A stretch of DNA of 64,000 bases from Negaprion brevirostris. Taxonomy: Eukaryota. How positions within the stretch are numbered: the stretch's first letter is position 1; each line of letters opens with the position of its first letter. Under the pieces are notes generated by a model that was given only the letters and a program-made list of their open reading frames with translations, was not told where the DNA came from and did no database searches. Below are positions 24,721 through 36,862 of the stretch, one piece after another. The stretch is from NCBI GenBank assembly GCA_030324005.1, contig JARDVH010000115.1:36592794-36656793 (forward strand). The letters are read 5' to 3'. The position numbers were made by a program, and so were the translations under genes.

Positions 24721-26805
24721 GCAAGTCATAGATGCTGTTTATGATGGCTCTCAAAATAAAACTCAAGCAAATACCTAATAGAATATGGACATTTCAACCA
24801 CTTGTGAAATTTGCACCTCCCTTTTACGAAGGATGAATTGTCAACATAAAACCACGGACAAGAGAAACATTGAAGCACAATGGGTGTTAAGGCAAATATG
24901 AAATGGATTTTGTTATATGGTGATGGCTCCTCATCACAAGCACAGAGACCGTAGCTGCCTGAAACACTCGATGTGAAAAGCTAAAACATAGGATGTTTAC
25001 AACCTTATTTGGAAAAGTATGTTGGACCTGTGCCATGTCAAAATAACAGTACAAGCTGTTCCGAAACAGAGACCATCAGAAACACCATATAAGCCATAAA
25101 ACCAGCTGCAAGACAACCAATATGCAGCTGAAAGTGGGAGGAGGATTCTTTTCCCAACCTGTTCTAACTTCAGGTTCACCCGATAGCCAACCTCTTGACG
25201 ATTCAACTATTAAAGCCTTGCAGCTAACTGAAAATTCTCTGCTGTTACAGGACTTTGTCTTCAGTTATAGCCATTTACCTAAGAAACTACAGGCCTGCTG
25301 CAAACAAAACTGAAATAATTTTAGATTGTAATAGTGTTTTTTTTCTACTTCATCTGTATCTGATTGTCATGTGTGCACAAGATGTTAAGCGTCTTGGGGC
25401 TGGTACGAGAACATAAATGATCTAACCTCACGTAAAGGCACTTTGATCACAGACAATAATAAATCCCAGAAACTCTGTGACAAGATTGTAAATACATTTC
25501 AATAATGTCAACCAAGAAAAGCTGTTGATTCAAGGAAAAACTCATTCACTAATATTTCTACAGCTGTCCATGGGTTCAATCACAAACTCACCTCTACCTT
25601 TGAGCCCTTATCCCCAGTAAAATATACACAGTCTTTCACTCTGGGCCTCAGTGTCCATTTGTCCATCCCTTTTGATGTCAGGCCCCAGATTTAAAGTTAT
25701 AAGGCTCTGATGAAAATTAGTGGCTGAGGCCAGGGGCTGGCCTATCCAGGTATCAGACACATTCACTGCACTGTCAGTAGCCTTATACCAACAGATCTTT
25801 GGGGCTTTAATGTTGAATGATCATTATGGAACTATATAAAAACTGAACAATATGAACATATTTCCTTATATCAGGCCATAACATGCAGAAATACAAAAAA
25901 TGGATCAGGCCAAAAAGGTTGGTTATTGGAATGCCAAATAACTATGCACAGTTATACATTCAAAATGAAAATGAACAGATATTGACAACGTACTATTAAA
26001 CACAGGCCCACATTTTCTTTTCCAAGTTGACTTGTACAAGTCAGGAAATCTCCAGACTTGACACACCTACCTTGGGAAAAAGTGTCCCGATGGCTGGTGG
26101 ATGTAGATCATGGTGGCCACAGGGGCTGCTGAGTGATGTACGATGTTTAAAAGGCTTGTCTTGTTAATTTTGTTAATTATTAAGCCACCTCATGGCTACT
26201 TATACTCTCCATGCCAGTTTAATGCCAGCCCCTGCCTCTTCCAGCTGCATGGAGTTGGCACAATAATAGCCCTTGTAGCAATGTTATCAAATGGCTTTAT
26301 AACTGTTAAACAAGCTTTGTTTCAACTCTCACTGACATAAAAAGGATTAAATAATTTGACAGTTCTACAAATCACACCTGCCTTTCATGAGATTTTATAA
26401 CCACTCCTGCACTGTGGATTAAGGCTCAAGCTATTGAAAAACGGAGTCTGGTTGAATTCAATGTTCAAATAGTCCGGCTGAGTTTGGATTTCTTGCATGC
26501 GAGTCATATTCTGCTCCCTTGCCCCTGTCGGCAAAAATATGATCCGTTGGAAATGGAGGCAGGATTTCCCAATTTGGGTCCTGCCCATCTTTAAAGGTTT
26601 GTGAAATCCCCATGATATTGTGAAAGTCTGCACCACATTCTTTAAAAGAAAGAAATAGGCTTACAAATTAAAAGGTTCATCAATTTCAGCTTTGGGTTAT
26701 AAAATCCTTAAATAATGAGTGCAGACAATGCTGTAAATATTTCAACATCTGCAAACAATTAAAGCATGCTGACATTCGACTGAAAGAGGAATGTGAGGAG
26801 GAGTG

Positions 26806-26808
<3 letters not shown>

Positions 26809-26877
<69 letters not shown>

Positions 26878-27012
26878 GTGGGGGGNNNNNNNNNNNNNNN
26901 NNNNNNNNNNNNNNNNNNNNNNNNNNNNNNNNNNNNNNNNNNNNNNNNNNNNNNNNNNNNNNNNNNNNNNNNNNNNNNNNNNNNNTGTGTGTGTGTGTGT
27001 GTGTGTGTGTGT
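26809..27012. repeat. (GT)n microsatellite spanning an N gap
   Basis: Pure GT run at 26809-26874 and again at 26986-27012, each followed by a G run. Confidence 0.97.
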
Positions 27013-28941
27013 ATGGGGGGGGGGTGAGGAAAACAGCTGGGAAGTACCATTGCTACTGACAAGAGATAAGAGACAGACTATAATCTGGGATCACACTCTT
27101 CTCAGAAGTACAGCCATACTAAAATGGATATTATACACTCAAAGGGTCGCAAATGTAATTGTTTACAACACGAACATCCTGAACATGAATTAAACCCATG
27201 GCACAACTGGAATTGGCAAAAACACAGCAACAGGGACAGCAAAAAGCTTTTAGAAACTCTCAAATTCACAGCCATTAGACAAAGTGACCTGGCATCATTA
27301 AATGTAAAGAATCTAAATATTACCATTGTCATAACATTTCTTTAGTACGATCAATGGTATAGATCTGCTGTGTTTCTTGTAGCTCCAATAATACGAACCA
27401 TTCCCTGGGAATCTTACCAAAAAAATGGCAGTGTTGTTCCCATGAGAAAACCGGCGTGTCTTCTCTCCAGATCTTATGACACACTGCCTAAAGAAAATGG
27501 GGGGCTTGTTTGAGTAGACTGATTTGAAGACAAACTTGGTGCTTTGTTTCTACACGTGCCAGGCACACAATTGACAAAAGTCTTAAAAGCTTCTACTTAA
27601 ATTAGTTGAACAAACTGGATAAGGGAATCAAAGGCTCACTTGTGTGGTGGAACACACAAAATACCTGAAGACAGAAAGTTCATCTTTCCAGTGCATGAAA
27701 TCTCCCAACATAGCATTTAATAGTATTTTAAATAACCCACAATTATCTTGATTCATTGTTCTACCACCCCAATATAGTAGTATTTAGAAAAAAATTCCTC
27801 TAAACTTAGTTTTCACAAATTTCTGTTTCTGAACAAAAGGCCCCGATAATCATCTGGGTTCATCACACTTGACTGCAATTTAATCTTTTTCAATAGCACT
27901 TTATCCGTGGGAGTACTATTGTTTCTGATCTGAACAATTTCTATACTCCCTAAATCAAAGGAATTTTAATCTTTTTCCTGTGGTGACCAAAACTAAACAC
28001 GGCATTCTCAGCTGCAGCCTGACCAGTGCATTACAAATTTGCTAGCGTAATATCTGTAGACAAGAATTCCATCTTTCTTGTTCTGTAATACTGTATTTAT
28101 CTACTTGAAAAAAATCTGTTTTGCTACACTGTGGACTCTGAAAATAACCTACATTTAGGGAGTGTAAATCTGTGACTCTGAGCACTTATTTAGATTGCTG
28201 AAATAATTCTTACATTTTTATTGAAGCAGAAATAAAGGCCCCTTCCAAATATTGCTGTACTAATTCAGTTGTTCTTCTCTCCAAGCCATTTATAGCTGGG
28301 TTAGATGTAAATTCCCACGTCTTGTGGGAATCATTCAGACTTCCATGCCATTGCGGTGAGATTTTCCACTTCCGTGGGTTGGGTGGGATGGGGTGGTGGG
28401 TTCCAAAACACTGTACAATAGCATGATTTTCTGTAACAATTGTTTTCCCTCTGCCAATGATGTAATGGGAATCCCAATGTCATCAGAATGCATTTAAATC
28501 GCAGCATCAGCCCCTGCCAATTAGGTTCACATACGTGGATCATGACAAATCTATCACGGCATGCACCTGGTGATTAGAATATATCAGAAGAGTGCATTGA
28601 ANNNNNNNNNNNNNNNNNNNNNNNNNNNNNNNNNNNNNNNNNNNNNNNNNNNNNNNNNNNNNNNNNNNNNNNNNNNNNNNNNNNNNNNNNNNNNNNNNNN
28701 NATAGAATTCTCCTAATACTTGTATATCTTTAGAGGTAAAGGAAAGGGAATTTGTGGGTTATAGCAATTGTGGCCAAATTGCAAACCTGCTACAAATTGA
28801 TCTGGAACCAAATTTGTCCATAGGCACAGTATTGGCAACAACTTTAAGAAAGATAGTTTGCATTGATAGAGCACCTTACAGGGCCTCAGTCCTAAATTGC
28901 TTTACAGCCAATGGAGTACTTTTGAATTTCAGTCACTATTT

Positions 28942-29266
28942 ATCATAGAATCTTGACAATGCAGAAGGAGGCCATTTGGCCCATCGAGCCTGCACTGACA
29001 ACAATTTCACAATTCCACCCAGGCCATGTCCCCGTAACTCAGTGTATTTATCCTGCCAATCCCCCTGCCACTAAAGGGCAATTTTGAATGGCCAATCAAC
29101 CTAACCTGCAAACCTTTGGACTGTGGGAGGAAACTGGAGCATCTGGAGGAAACCCACACAGACATGAAGAGAACGTGCAAACTCCACACAAGCAGTGATG
29201 CAAGGCAGGAATTGAACCCGGATCCTTGGCACTGTGAGGCAGCAGTACTAACCACTGTGCCACCAT
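28942..29266 (-). mobile_element. HE1 SINE inserted into a Deu-type SINE tail
   Basis: Full reverse copy flanked by actatt direct repeats (28935-28940 and 29268-29273). Confidence 0.9.
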
Positions 29267-29963
29267 TACTATTGTAATGTAGGAAACACTGCAGCCGGTC
29301 TGAGCACAGCAAAATTCTTAAAGGTCTGTGCTTCATGCTGTAAAATGGTTCGTTATCCAAGACTTTTATGTCACATTCTTGGTCTAGTTGATGGGGGACA
29401 GTAGCTAAGATGTTTCCTCAAGGTTTGGGTTTATAGTATCACTTTCTCAGTGAATTGAAACAAAAGCTACTTATGCCAGCCAGTAGAACAATCACACTTC
29501 TTTCTCTCCTTGTAGAAGACAGCACATAACCTCAGGAAGAAGCAGAAAACTATCAGAGGCATAGGGGATGACCCTCCAGTGACAGGCACCTTAGTGGTCA
29601 CTGGCAATGCCTGCACGGCTGCTCTATTGGAAAGGAGCTCTTGATTCAGGGAGCCTCGAGTGACCACAATCACCTGCTGTATAAAGTTGGCCTCCTGAGA
29701 TGCTGGTGCTCACACACAGTCAAGAGAACTGATCATCTGCCTGTAGATCCTGTGTTGGGGAAGGTCTTGTCTCCTTTGCTTTGGATCACTGTGTCCATCC
29801 ACTCTGTTCTGTGAAGGGGCCATACGACTGAGGAGAAGCTGGTGTTGCTCCTGCTGCTGCTGTTGGCAGTAATGTTGCTGCTACTCATATCCCTCATCAG
29901 AGGTACAAAGTGAAGCTGCGTGTTGGTTTGCCACTCGTCTTCAATCCTGCCCTGATGCTAACA

Positions 29964-30390
29964 GACCGTAAGGTATAGGAACAGAAGTAGGCCATTCAGC
30001 CCATTGAATCTGCTCCACCATTTGATCATAGCTAATACGTTTCTCTACCCCATTCTCCCGTCTTTGCCCCACAACCTTTGATTCTTTAGTAGTCAAGAAC
30101 CTATCTGTCTCTGTATTAAATACACTCAAAGAACTGGATTCCACAGCCTCCTGTGGCAATGAATTCCACAGATTCACCATCCTTTGACAGAACAAATTCC
30201 TCCTCATCTTGGTTCTAAAGGTTGCCCCTTTACTCTGAGGTTGTGTCCTCGGATCCTAGTCTCTCTTGCTAACAGAAATGACATCTCCACGTCCACTCTA
30301 TCCAGGCTTTTCAGTGTTCTGTGTGTTTCAATGAGATTCCCCCACATTTTTCTAAATTCCATTGATACAGACCCAGAATCCTGGACTTGA
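29964..30390 (-). mobile_element. CR1 LINE 3' end
   Basis: GNLIETHRTLKSLDRVDVE..F...E.R.RGH.L and RRNLFCQRMVNLWNSLP are the CR1 ORF2 C-terminus. Confidence 0.9.
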
Positions 30391-31049
30391 CATTTCTGGT
30401 AATTATAAATAAATTTTGCTGTAGTGTGTAAAGTTTGTGAACACACTACATCAGCTTGAAAGAATGGGAGATTTGTGAGTTGTCTGGAAGATTTAGTGCA
30501 GTGGCCATGCTTCAAAGACCGCAGGTTTCCTGTGCGAAAATACGCAAATGACTTTCACAGTTGCCAAAAAACAAGCATTAGCTTGCATAACCTGGTACTA
30601 ATGGGTTGTAAGTGAAATCAACATTTAAATTTCATGGAGTTCACGTTCTCTAATTTTCATCCAGTTTCCTATATCCACAATCTAAATCCCTGGAAACATG
30701 TAGCTGGCTGATTATTGGGTGAGTTAGAGTAAGTGTAATAGTGGAGCCAATGTCACTGGGGCAGGCGGGGCGTGGTGGTGCAGTTCTATCTTTAATTTCT
30801 TGTACAGGGCAGCCCGATCTTTTAAAACCAAAGTTGCATGTGTGGCAGTCTATTGTGGGTCCTGCTCCTTCATTTTTTTTTCGGCAAGAGCCAAATGGTA
30901 TGGTGCAGAAAGTCATTTTTGGGGCTGGCAGCTTCCTTGCCTCGATTCCTGACAAGATGGTTGGCAAAGGATACAAATTTAAAAGCTAATGACAAAGATG
31001 AGATGCAAAGTATGACGACTGGGAACATACTGTTCGTGAAGGTGTTCGC

Positions 31050-31366
31050 AGAATCATAGAATCCTTGCAGTGCAAAAAAGGCCATTTGGCCCATCAAGTC
31101 TGCATTGACTCTGACAGTGCATCTTATCCAGATGTTCTCCCCCATCCTATCCCTTTAACCTCATACATTTACCACAGCTAATCCATCTAACCAACACATC
31201 CTTGGGACAATTTAGCATGGCCAATTCACCTAACCTGCACATCTTTGGTCTGTGGGAGGAAACCCATGCAGACACGAGGAGAACATGAAAACTCCACACA
31301 GGTCGGAATTGAACCTGGGTCCCTGAAGCCGTGAGGCAGCAGTGTTAACTGCCATGCCAACGTGCT
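31050..31366 (-). mobile_element. HE1 SINE
   Basis: agaatcatagaatcc tail through gaggcagcagtgttaact head, in reverse orientation. Confidence 0.9.
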
Positions 31367-32289
31367 GGCAACAGATTCAATTGTAACTTTCATAAAGTGA
31401 ATTTGGTAACACCTGAAAAAGAAACACGTGCAGGGCTATGGGGAAGGAGCTTTGGACTGGGTCTAATTTCAAAGAGCTGGCACAATGGGTCAAATGACAG
31501 GTCACTTCCAAACCCACTAGTTTTCTATCAATATGGGATGGATCATCTGATGACTAGAAAAACAGCACTGGTTCAAGCATGCACTCAGGCACTGTAAAAT
31601 GAAAGCCTGCTCTGTAGAAGGATCTGTACCATTATGGCAGACTAGTTCATTTCCATAAAAAAATTTAAATATGTTACATGTAAAACCACTTTAAATGGAT
31701 ATCCAAGTAAACAGAAATATTTAATATTTTGATATTTCAGCTGTAAAATATAAATCTTTATATGGAAATTATGCACTAAACCTCAAGTCAAGTAAAATCA
31801 CACGAAATGTAATTATATTTATTGACTCAATGTATGCACATTTTAAAATCTTCCTGTTTGAAAGGGAGGGAAAATTAACTGTCCGCTTACACTTCCCAAA
31901 AATCAGACTAATCAAGTTCATTCAGTATCTCCACAGCTAAGAAATAGCAGAATGTACTGGAACACTAAAATGGCAATCATAGCTCAGAGCATTGAACCTC
32001 CACATCACAAAGTTAATTGCTTTCAAGTGATTTTTGTAAGCCATTGCTGCCCGATATTTCTGCTTCTGAAAGCAGTCAACCTGTTCTGAGACTTCCACTC
32101 AGGTCTGCTGCAGCTGGACAAGGAGGCGGTAAGCACCATCCAATTCTCTGACAACTCCCAGCAACAGCCCTATGGGAAATGGCATAATCTTGGTATGCGG
32201 AATTTGGCACAGCTTGGGGAAGAAAAGCAAACTTTGGTAGGAAACAAACATCCAAGCTTTGACAGAGAGTGCCATGACAGAAACTTCTT

Positions 32290-33365
32290 CAGCTTGCAGG
32301 CTTAGTTGACCTTCCCTTCTCAGCACTTGCAAAGAACACTGGCCAACAGATCCATAGCTGTGCAGATTAGGTGGACTGGCCACGCTAAATTGCCCCTTAG
32401 TGTCCTAAGATGTGTAGGTTAGAGATTAGCTTGGTAAATATGTGNNNNNNNNNNNNNNNNNNNNNNNNNNNNNNNNNNNNNNNNNNNNNNNNNNNNNNNN
32501 NNNNNNNNNNNNNNNNNNNNNNNNNNNNNNNNNNNNNTGGACAGGAATAACTGAAATGTTGCAGAACTCAATATCCCCAAGGATCTTTCCAGCCAACACC
32601 CATGATAAACCCACACGTGGACCCTATTAGGTCCCTCATTTCTTACCCTGACTGATTGTTCCCACTACCCACCCACTTACCAGGATGCTAGGTTTTTCCT
32701 TCCATAACTCCATGTTCATGACCCCAGTCCCTTCACAAGTCACTCACACCTGCTGATCCCAGGCCTCCACCTAAGCTACCCTTCTCCTGCTCCCTCCATC
32801 TGCCACAAAAACTGTTAACCTCAGAAAGCCTACTGTTACTTGCCACTTTTAAACAAACTTGAACTGGGTGTGACGAGATTCTCACGTGCCAACTTTTAAA
32901 CTTGAAGGTAGCACATAGTTAAATTTTAAATGCTAATGGTATTCATGGCATGCAAATATGTTACAAATGGGAATCCTCCACAGGGCAGTGAGAGATCCAA
33001 CATGCCACAAACACACTGCTGATTTAATCTCTGCATCGCAACGTCTTCAGGAAATTGAGATGTCAGTTCGCACTGAATTCAGTCACACTGCATGTCACAT
33101 TTCCTGCTCTTGCAGGCTTCATAAAATCCCCTATTTCAAAACCTCCAAGCTTTCGCTCCACGAATTGGATATCATCAAATGTTGTGCTCATCACTCTGCG
33201 GGAAATGACTGAGCTTGCAGGCTTGGTTGACTCTCCCTTCTCAGCACTGCAAAGAACACTGGCCAACAAATCCACAGATGTGCAGATTAGGTGGATTGGC
33301 CATGCTAAATTGCCCTTTAGCGTCCTAAGACGTGTAGGTTAGAGATTAGCTTGGTAAGTATGTGG
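32290..33365. repeat. Diverged local duplication of ~155 bp (32290-32444 and ~33211-33365)
   Basis: Both copies read agcttgcaggctt.gttgac...tcagcac.tgcaaagaacactggccaaca.atcca.ag.tgtgcagattaggtgga...agagattagcttggtaa.tatgtg. Confidence 0.9.
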
Positions 33366-34406
33366 GGTTATGGTGATAGGATTCTTTTCCGTACCCCTGT
33401 GAGATAGTGAATACAGAGGTTTATAAGTTTTAACATTACAAGTACCACAACTGCCAAGATCTGAGTTTATTCAGACAGCATCAGGCTTCTCCACATATCT
33501 GGCATCATGAATATCTATTCCCTCAAATAAATGCTCTGTACGTTGGGTATCAGCTTGCCATTCTAGCCTCACTTGCAGCATCTGTCTGCATGGCTTTGGG
33601 TGCAAGTAACATGTCCACTTCTGGTGAAAATAAATTGTGAGACTACACCAAATATGGCATAATTAAGTCATATTTGTAACAGCTATATTGTTAATAGCTA
33701 TAACCCAGATCCAGGCTTCCTCTAATTGCATGTCCCAAGCTTCAAGAAAAAAGAGTGATCTCAAAAGGGAATAGTTGAAGATTGCAGCAACAATTCAACA
33801 TAAGAACGTAAGAAATAGGAGCAGGAGTAGGCCATCTAGCCCTTCGAGCCTGCCCCGCCATTCAATAAGATCNNNNNNNNNNNNNNNNNNNNNNNNNNNN
33901 NNNNNNNNNCAAGTATCAGTGTGCACTAATCCTAGAATCTGAACCCAGATCCCACTTTAAATGTTAAAGACTGAGTATCACTACATGCATGGTCTGAAAA
34001 TGACTTTCTACTTAGAACTCTTACTTTTGCACAAGACCACTGAAAAGTTAGGAACCACACTAGTGAAATCCATTTCACATTTAAGAGTTATGTAAAGCAG
34101 TTTTGCTCAGACATACATTAAAAATAGAAGACTGATCTCATCATTCTGCAGTGTGTTTGTGCTCATAAATGCTTTAATGGAACATGCAGAATTGCCCAAT
34201 GACATTCTGGGCACGGCTCCCATTCCTTTTCAGCTCTGCCCTTCTCAAATGCTCCAAAGTTGTTTATAGCTAGTGTGATGATGTTATGCATGAGTTTAGA
34301 CAAACTAAAACTTTCTAATGTGACAATTAATCAGAGGCAGTAGCAACACAATTTATTGAAATTGTACAACGCACATAGATTTTTTTCTTATTCTGTGCTT
34401 ACTTAC

Positions 34407-34514
34407 TTGCAAAGCTGCAAACATCATCATTTCCTCCTCCGTGCATTCAATTTCTTCCAGAAGAATACACCACTTAGCTTGTTCAAAAAGCTGGTTGATC
34501 CTCACTGCATCATA
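34407..34514 (-). CDS. FERMT2: Kindlin-2 exon 7 (start of F2)
   Basis: Encodes [36 protein letters not shown]. Acceptor tttcag|TAT, donor CAA|gtaagt; 108 nt. Confidence 0.97.
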
Positions 34515-35199
34515 CTGAAATTTCAAAGTAAAACAGATGTTTAGAATTGCCACAGCTTTGTATGAACAAGTGCTCTCATGTGGCAATACAAAGCACAAAG
34601 AAATAAAATAACTGATATTACAGATTTAAAACAAAATACATTTTTGGTACATTTTAAAGATATTTGTTTAACTGTATTTCCAACTATAAGTTATGGAAGT
34701 CATCATATGATGCCACCATGAAATATTGATTTTAATTACATCAAATGTTGTCCCATAATTTCTAAACTTTGTACTTTAACTAAACCGGTGTTACACGTTT
34801 TAAAGAAATGAATCGAGAAAAACTGGACAAAAAAGAAGGACTTTAGTGAAAACTGAGCCTACATCGTCATGAACATGGTAGCTGCCTTCCACTATTATTA
34901 TTTTATGAAGCAATCAGATACAAGCTTTGTAGGCATCATAGCCAAAACAAAGTGTTGGACAATATGGTTAATAAAGTACAACTTGAATATTCACACAGAA
35001 TTGGACATGGAGAAGAAGTGATTGAACATGCAATACGGCTAGACACTTACAATGCAGATTCCTAGTTATAATGCTCTTTTCAGCGACACAGAACAATACA
35101 TCATGTTACATCATTGCTCTGTACAATATTTGAGAAACATCTTTTGAAATACAAAAATATAAAGCTGCATGAAGGGGTACATATTTTGTAAACTCATAC

Positions 35200-35302
35200 C
35201 TTTGGGTTTAAATCAAAGAAACTGTAATATTTGAATCGGAGCATTAAAACTTCATTGTCTTTTACATCTTGCTCCATCAGGGATCTTGATGAATCTAGCC
35301 AA
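35200..35302 (-). CDS. FERMT2: Kindlin-2 exon 6
   Basis: Encodes (G)[34 protein letters not shown]. Acceptor tctttcag|T, donor AAG|gtatga; 103 nt. Confidence 0.97.
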
Positions 35303-35400
35303 CTGAAAGAAACATGCAAAAGTTGGAATAAAATGTACGCTACTGTAACTTTGTATTTAAAACAAAATCTAAAAAAAAGAGACAGAAAATGTGAACTTGC

Positions 35401-35626
35401 CCTTTGTTAGTTTTTGCCTTATCAAGTAGAGACTGTGGTTTGAATAGCTGCGCCAATATATCCGGGGAGGTGATTGGCTGGCTCACTGCAAGAACACTAG
35501 GATTGCCTTCTGATAGAGGACTGTCACCAAACCAAGCTGAGGTTGGGGAAAGTGGGCTACCATCTCTCGAGTCATATGTTGGTGTCATTGTCTTGCTGTA
35601 CAATCCTGGGCTTGAGTAAATACTTC
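35401..35626 (-). CDS. FERMT2: Kindlin-2 exon 5
   Basis: Encodes (G)[74 protein letters not shown](G). Acceptor ctccag|GA, donor GG|gcaagt (GC donor); 226 nt. Confidence 0.96.
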
Positions 35627-35852
35627 CTGGAGGAGGATGAGGAGGAGAGAGATAGATTCAAAGAAATATAATTGCATTTAGTTAATTGCCAGTTGGGTGT
35701 AGAGCATTTAGCAAGATGCATTCACCGGACAACCAATAATTTTAATCATTATGCAAATCTGCATACTAATAGTAAAAAAAAAAACATCAAGAGTTGTGCA
35801 TAACACAACAATAATACTTAATCATAAAGTCTATGATAAATTGAAAGCTTAC

Positions 35853-35885
35853 CTTTCGATGGACCAATATAAAGAACATCAGAGC
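35853..35885 (-). CDS. FERMT2: Kindlin-2 33-nt cassette microexon in the F1 loop (GSDVLYIGPSK)
   Basis: Acceptor ttttcctccttcttag|GC, donor AAAG|gtaagc; phase 1-1, in frame, no stop. Resembles the GTDVLYIGPLK insert I recall from vertebrate FERMT2 isoforms. Not in the ORF track. Confidence 0.88.
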
Positions 35886-35887
35886 CT

Positions 35888-36010
35888 AAGAAGGAGGAAA
35901 ACAGAGGAAATGAGAAGGGCAGAAAGAGCACAGAACAGGTAGGGCATAGCATGGAGTAAGCAGGCAGAGCACAGAGTGAGCAGGTGGAGCAAAACATGCT
36001 GCAAGAGCAT
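35888..36010 (-). promoter_or_regulatory. Candidate intronic splicing regulatory tract (YGCY cluster, extended AG-exclusion zone)
   Basis: About 10 YGCY motifs and no AG dinucleotide for ~110 nt upstream of the 33-nt microexon acceptor. Confidence 0.65.
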
Positions 36011-36449
36011 AGCCAGTGATAAGAACAAATATATACAGTAAATTAAATTTATCTACAGATTCATCATGTCTTCTTTATAGAACTTGCTTCATTGTTAACA
36101 CGAGTGAAATCCTTCAAATGTCAAAGCCATAACAAAAGCGTTTGCTAGAGGAAGCACATATTGTGAAAGCTCACATGTAAACAAAAAAAAAAACACCCAA
36201 ACTAAAAAAAAAATGACCAGAACTAATTTTGAATACATACTGGTGATGGCACATGTGCTATACATTTCTGATAAATTGGAACTTCATCAAATAGTGGAAG
36301 CGCCAAATGAATGAAGTAACTGGAAAAAAATGCCAACTCAATACAGCCAAGTAATTATGCTTGGTTTTTGATATCATTGTGCGTACTTAGTACAGTGCTG
36401 GACTAAATATGTACATTTGAATATCATTCAGTAGAACACTTCATTAGGT

Positions 36450-36862
36450 TCACAAGGATGGTCCCAGAAATTAGGAACTTCAGCTATGCAGATAGATTGA
36501 GAAGTGAGATTGGTTTCCTTGGAGAAGGTTGAGGGGAGATTTGAAAAAAAGTATTCAAAAACATGAGTTGGCTGGACAGAGTGGATAAGGAAAAACCGTG
36601 GTGATTTAAGGCAATTGGCAAAAGAAGCAATGGTGACATGAAAAAATTGTTTTTGCACAGCAAGTGGTTAGGATCTGGAATACACAACCTGAGAATGTAG
36701 TGGACGAAAGTTCAATTGAGGGATTCAAGGAGGAATTGGGATAGTACTTCATTCTCTGATAACAATGTGGAGAAAGCAGCGGAGTGGCACTAGTCAAATT
36801 GTTATGTGGAGAACTAGTGCAGACGTGAAAAACTGAATGGCCTCCTTCAGTAATACTGTGAA
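36450..36862 (+). mobile_element. CR1 LINE 3' end
   Basis: aggttcacaaggatggtccc...agaaggttgaggggagatttg...gtggttaggatctggaatacac. Confidence 0.8.

Noticed and set aside
26742-27193. ORFs with poly-CV and poly-HT
   Set aside because: These are translations of the GT microsatellite and the N gap.
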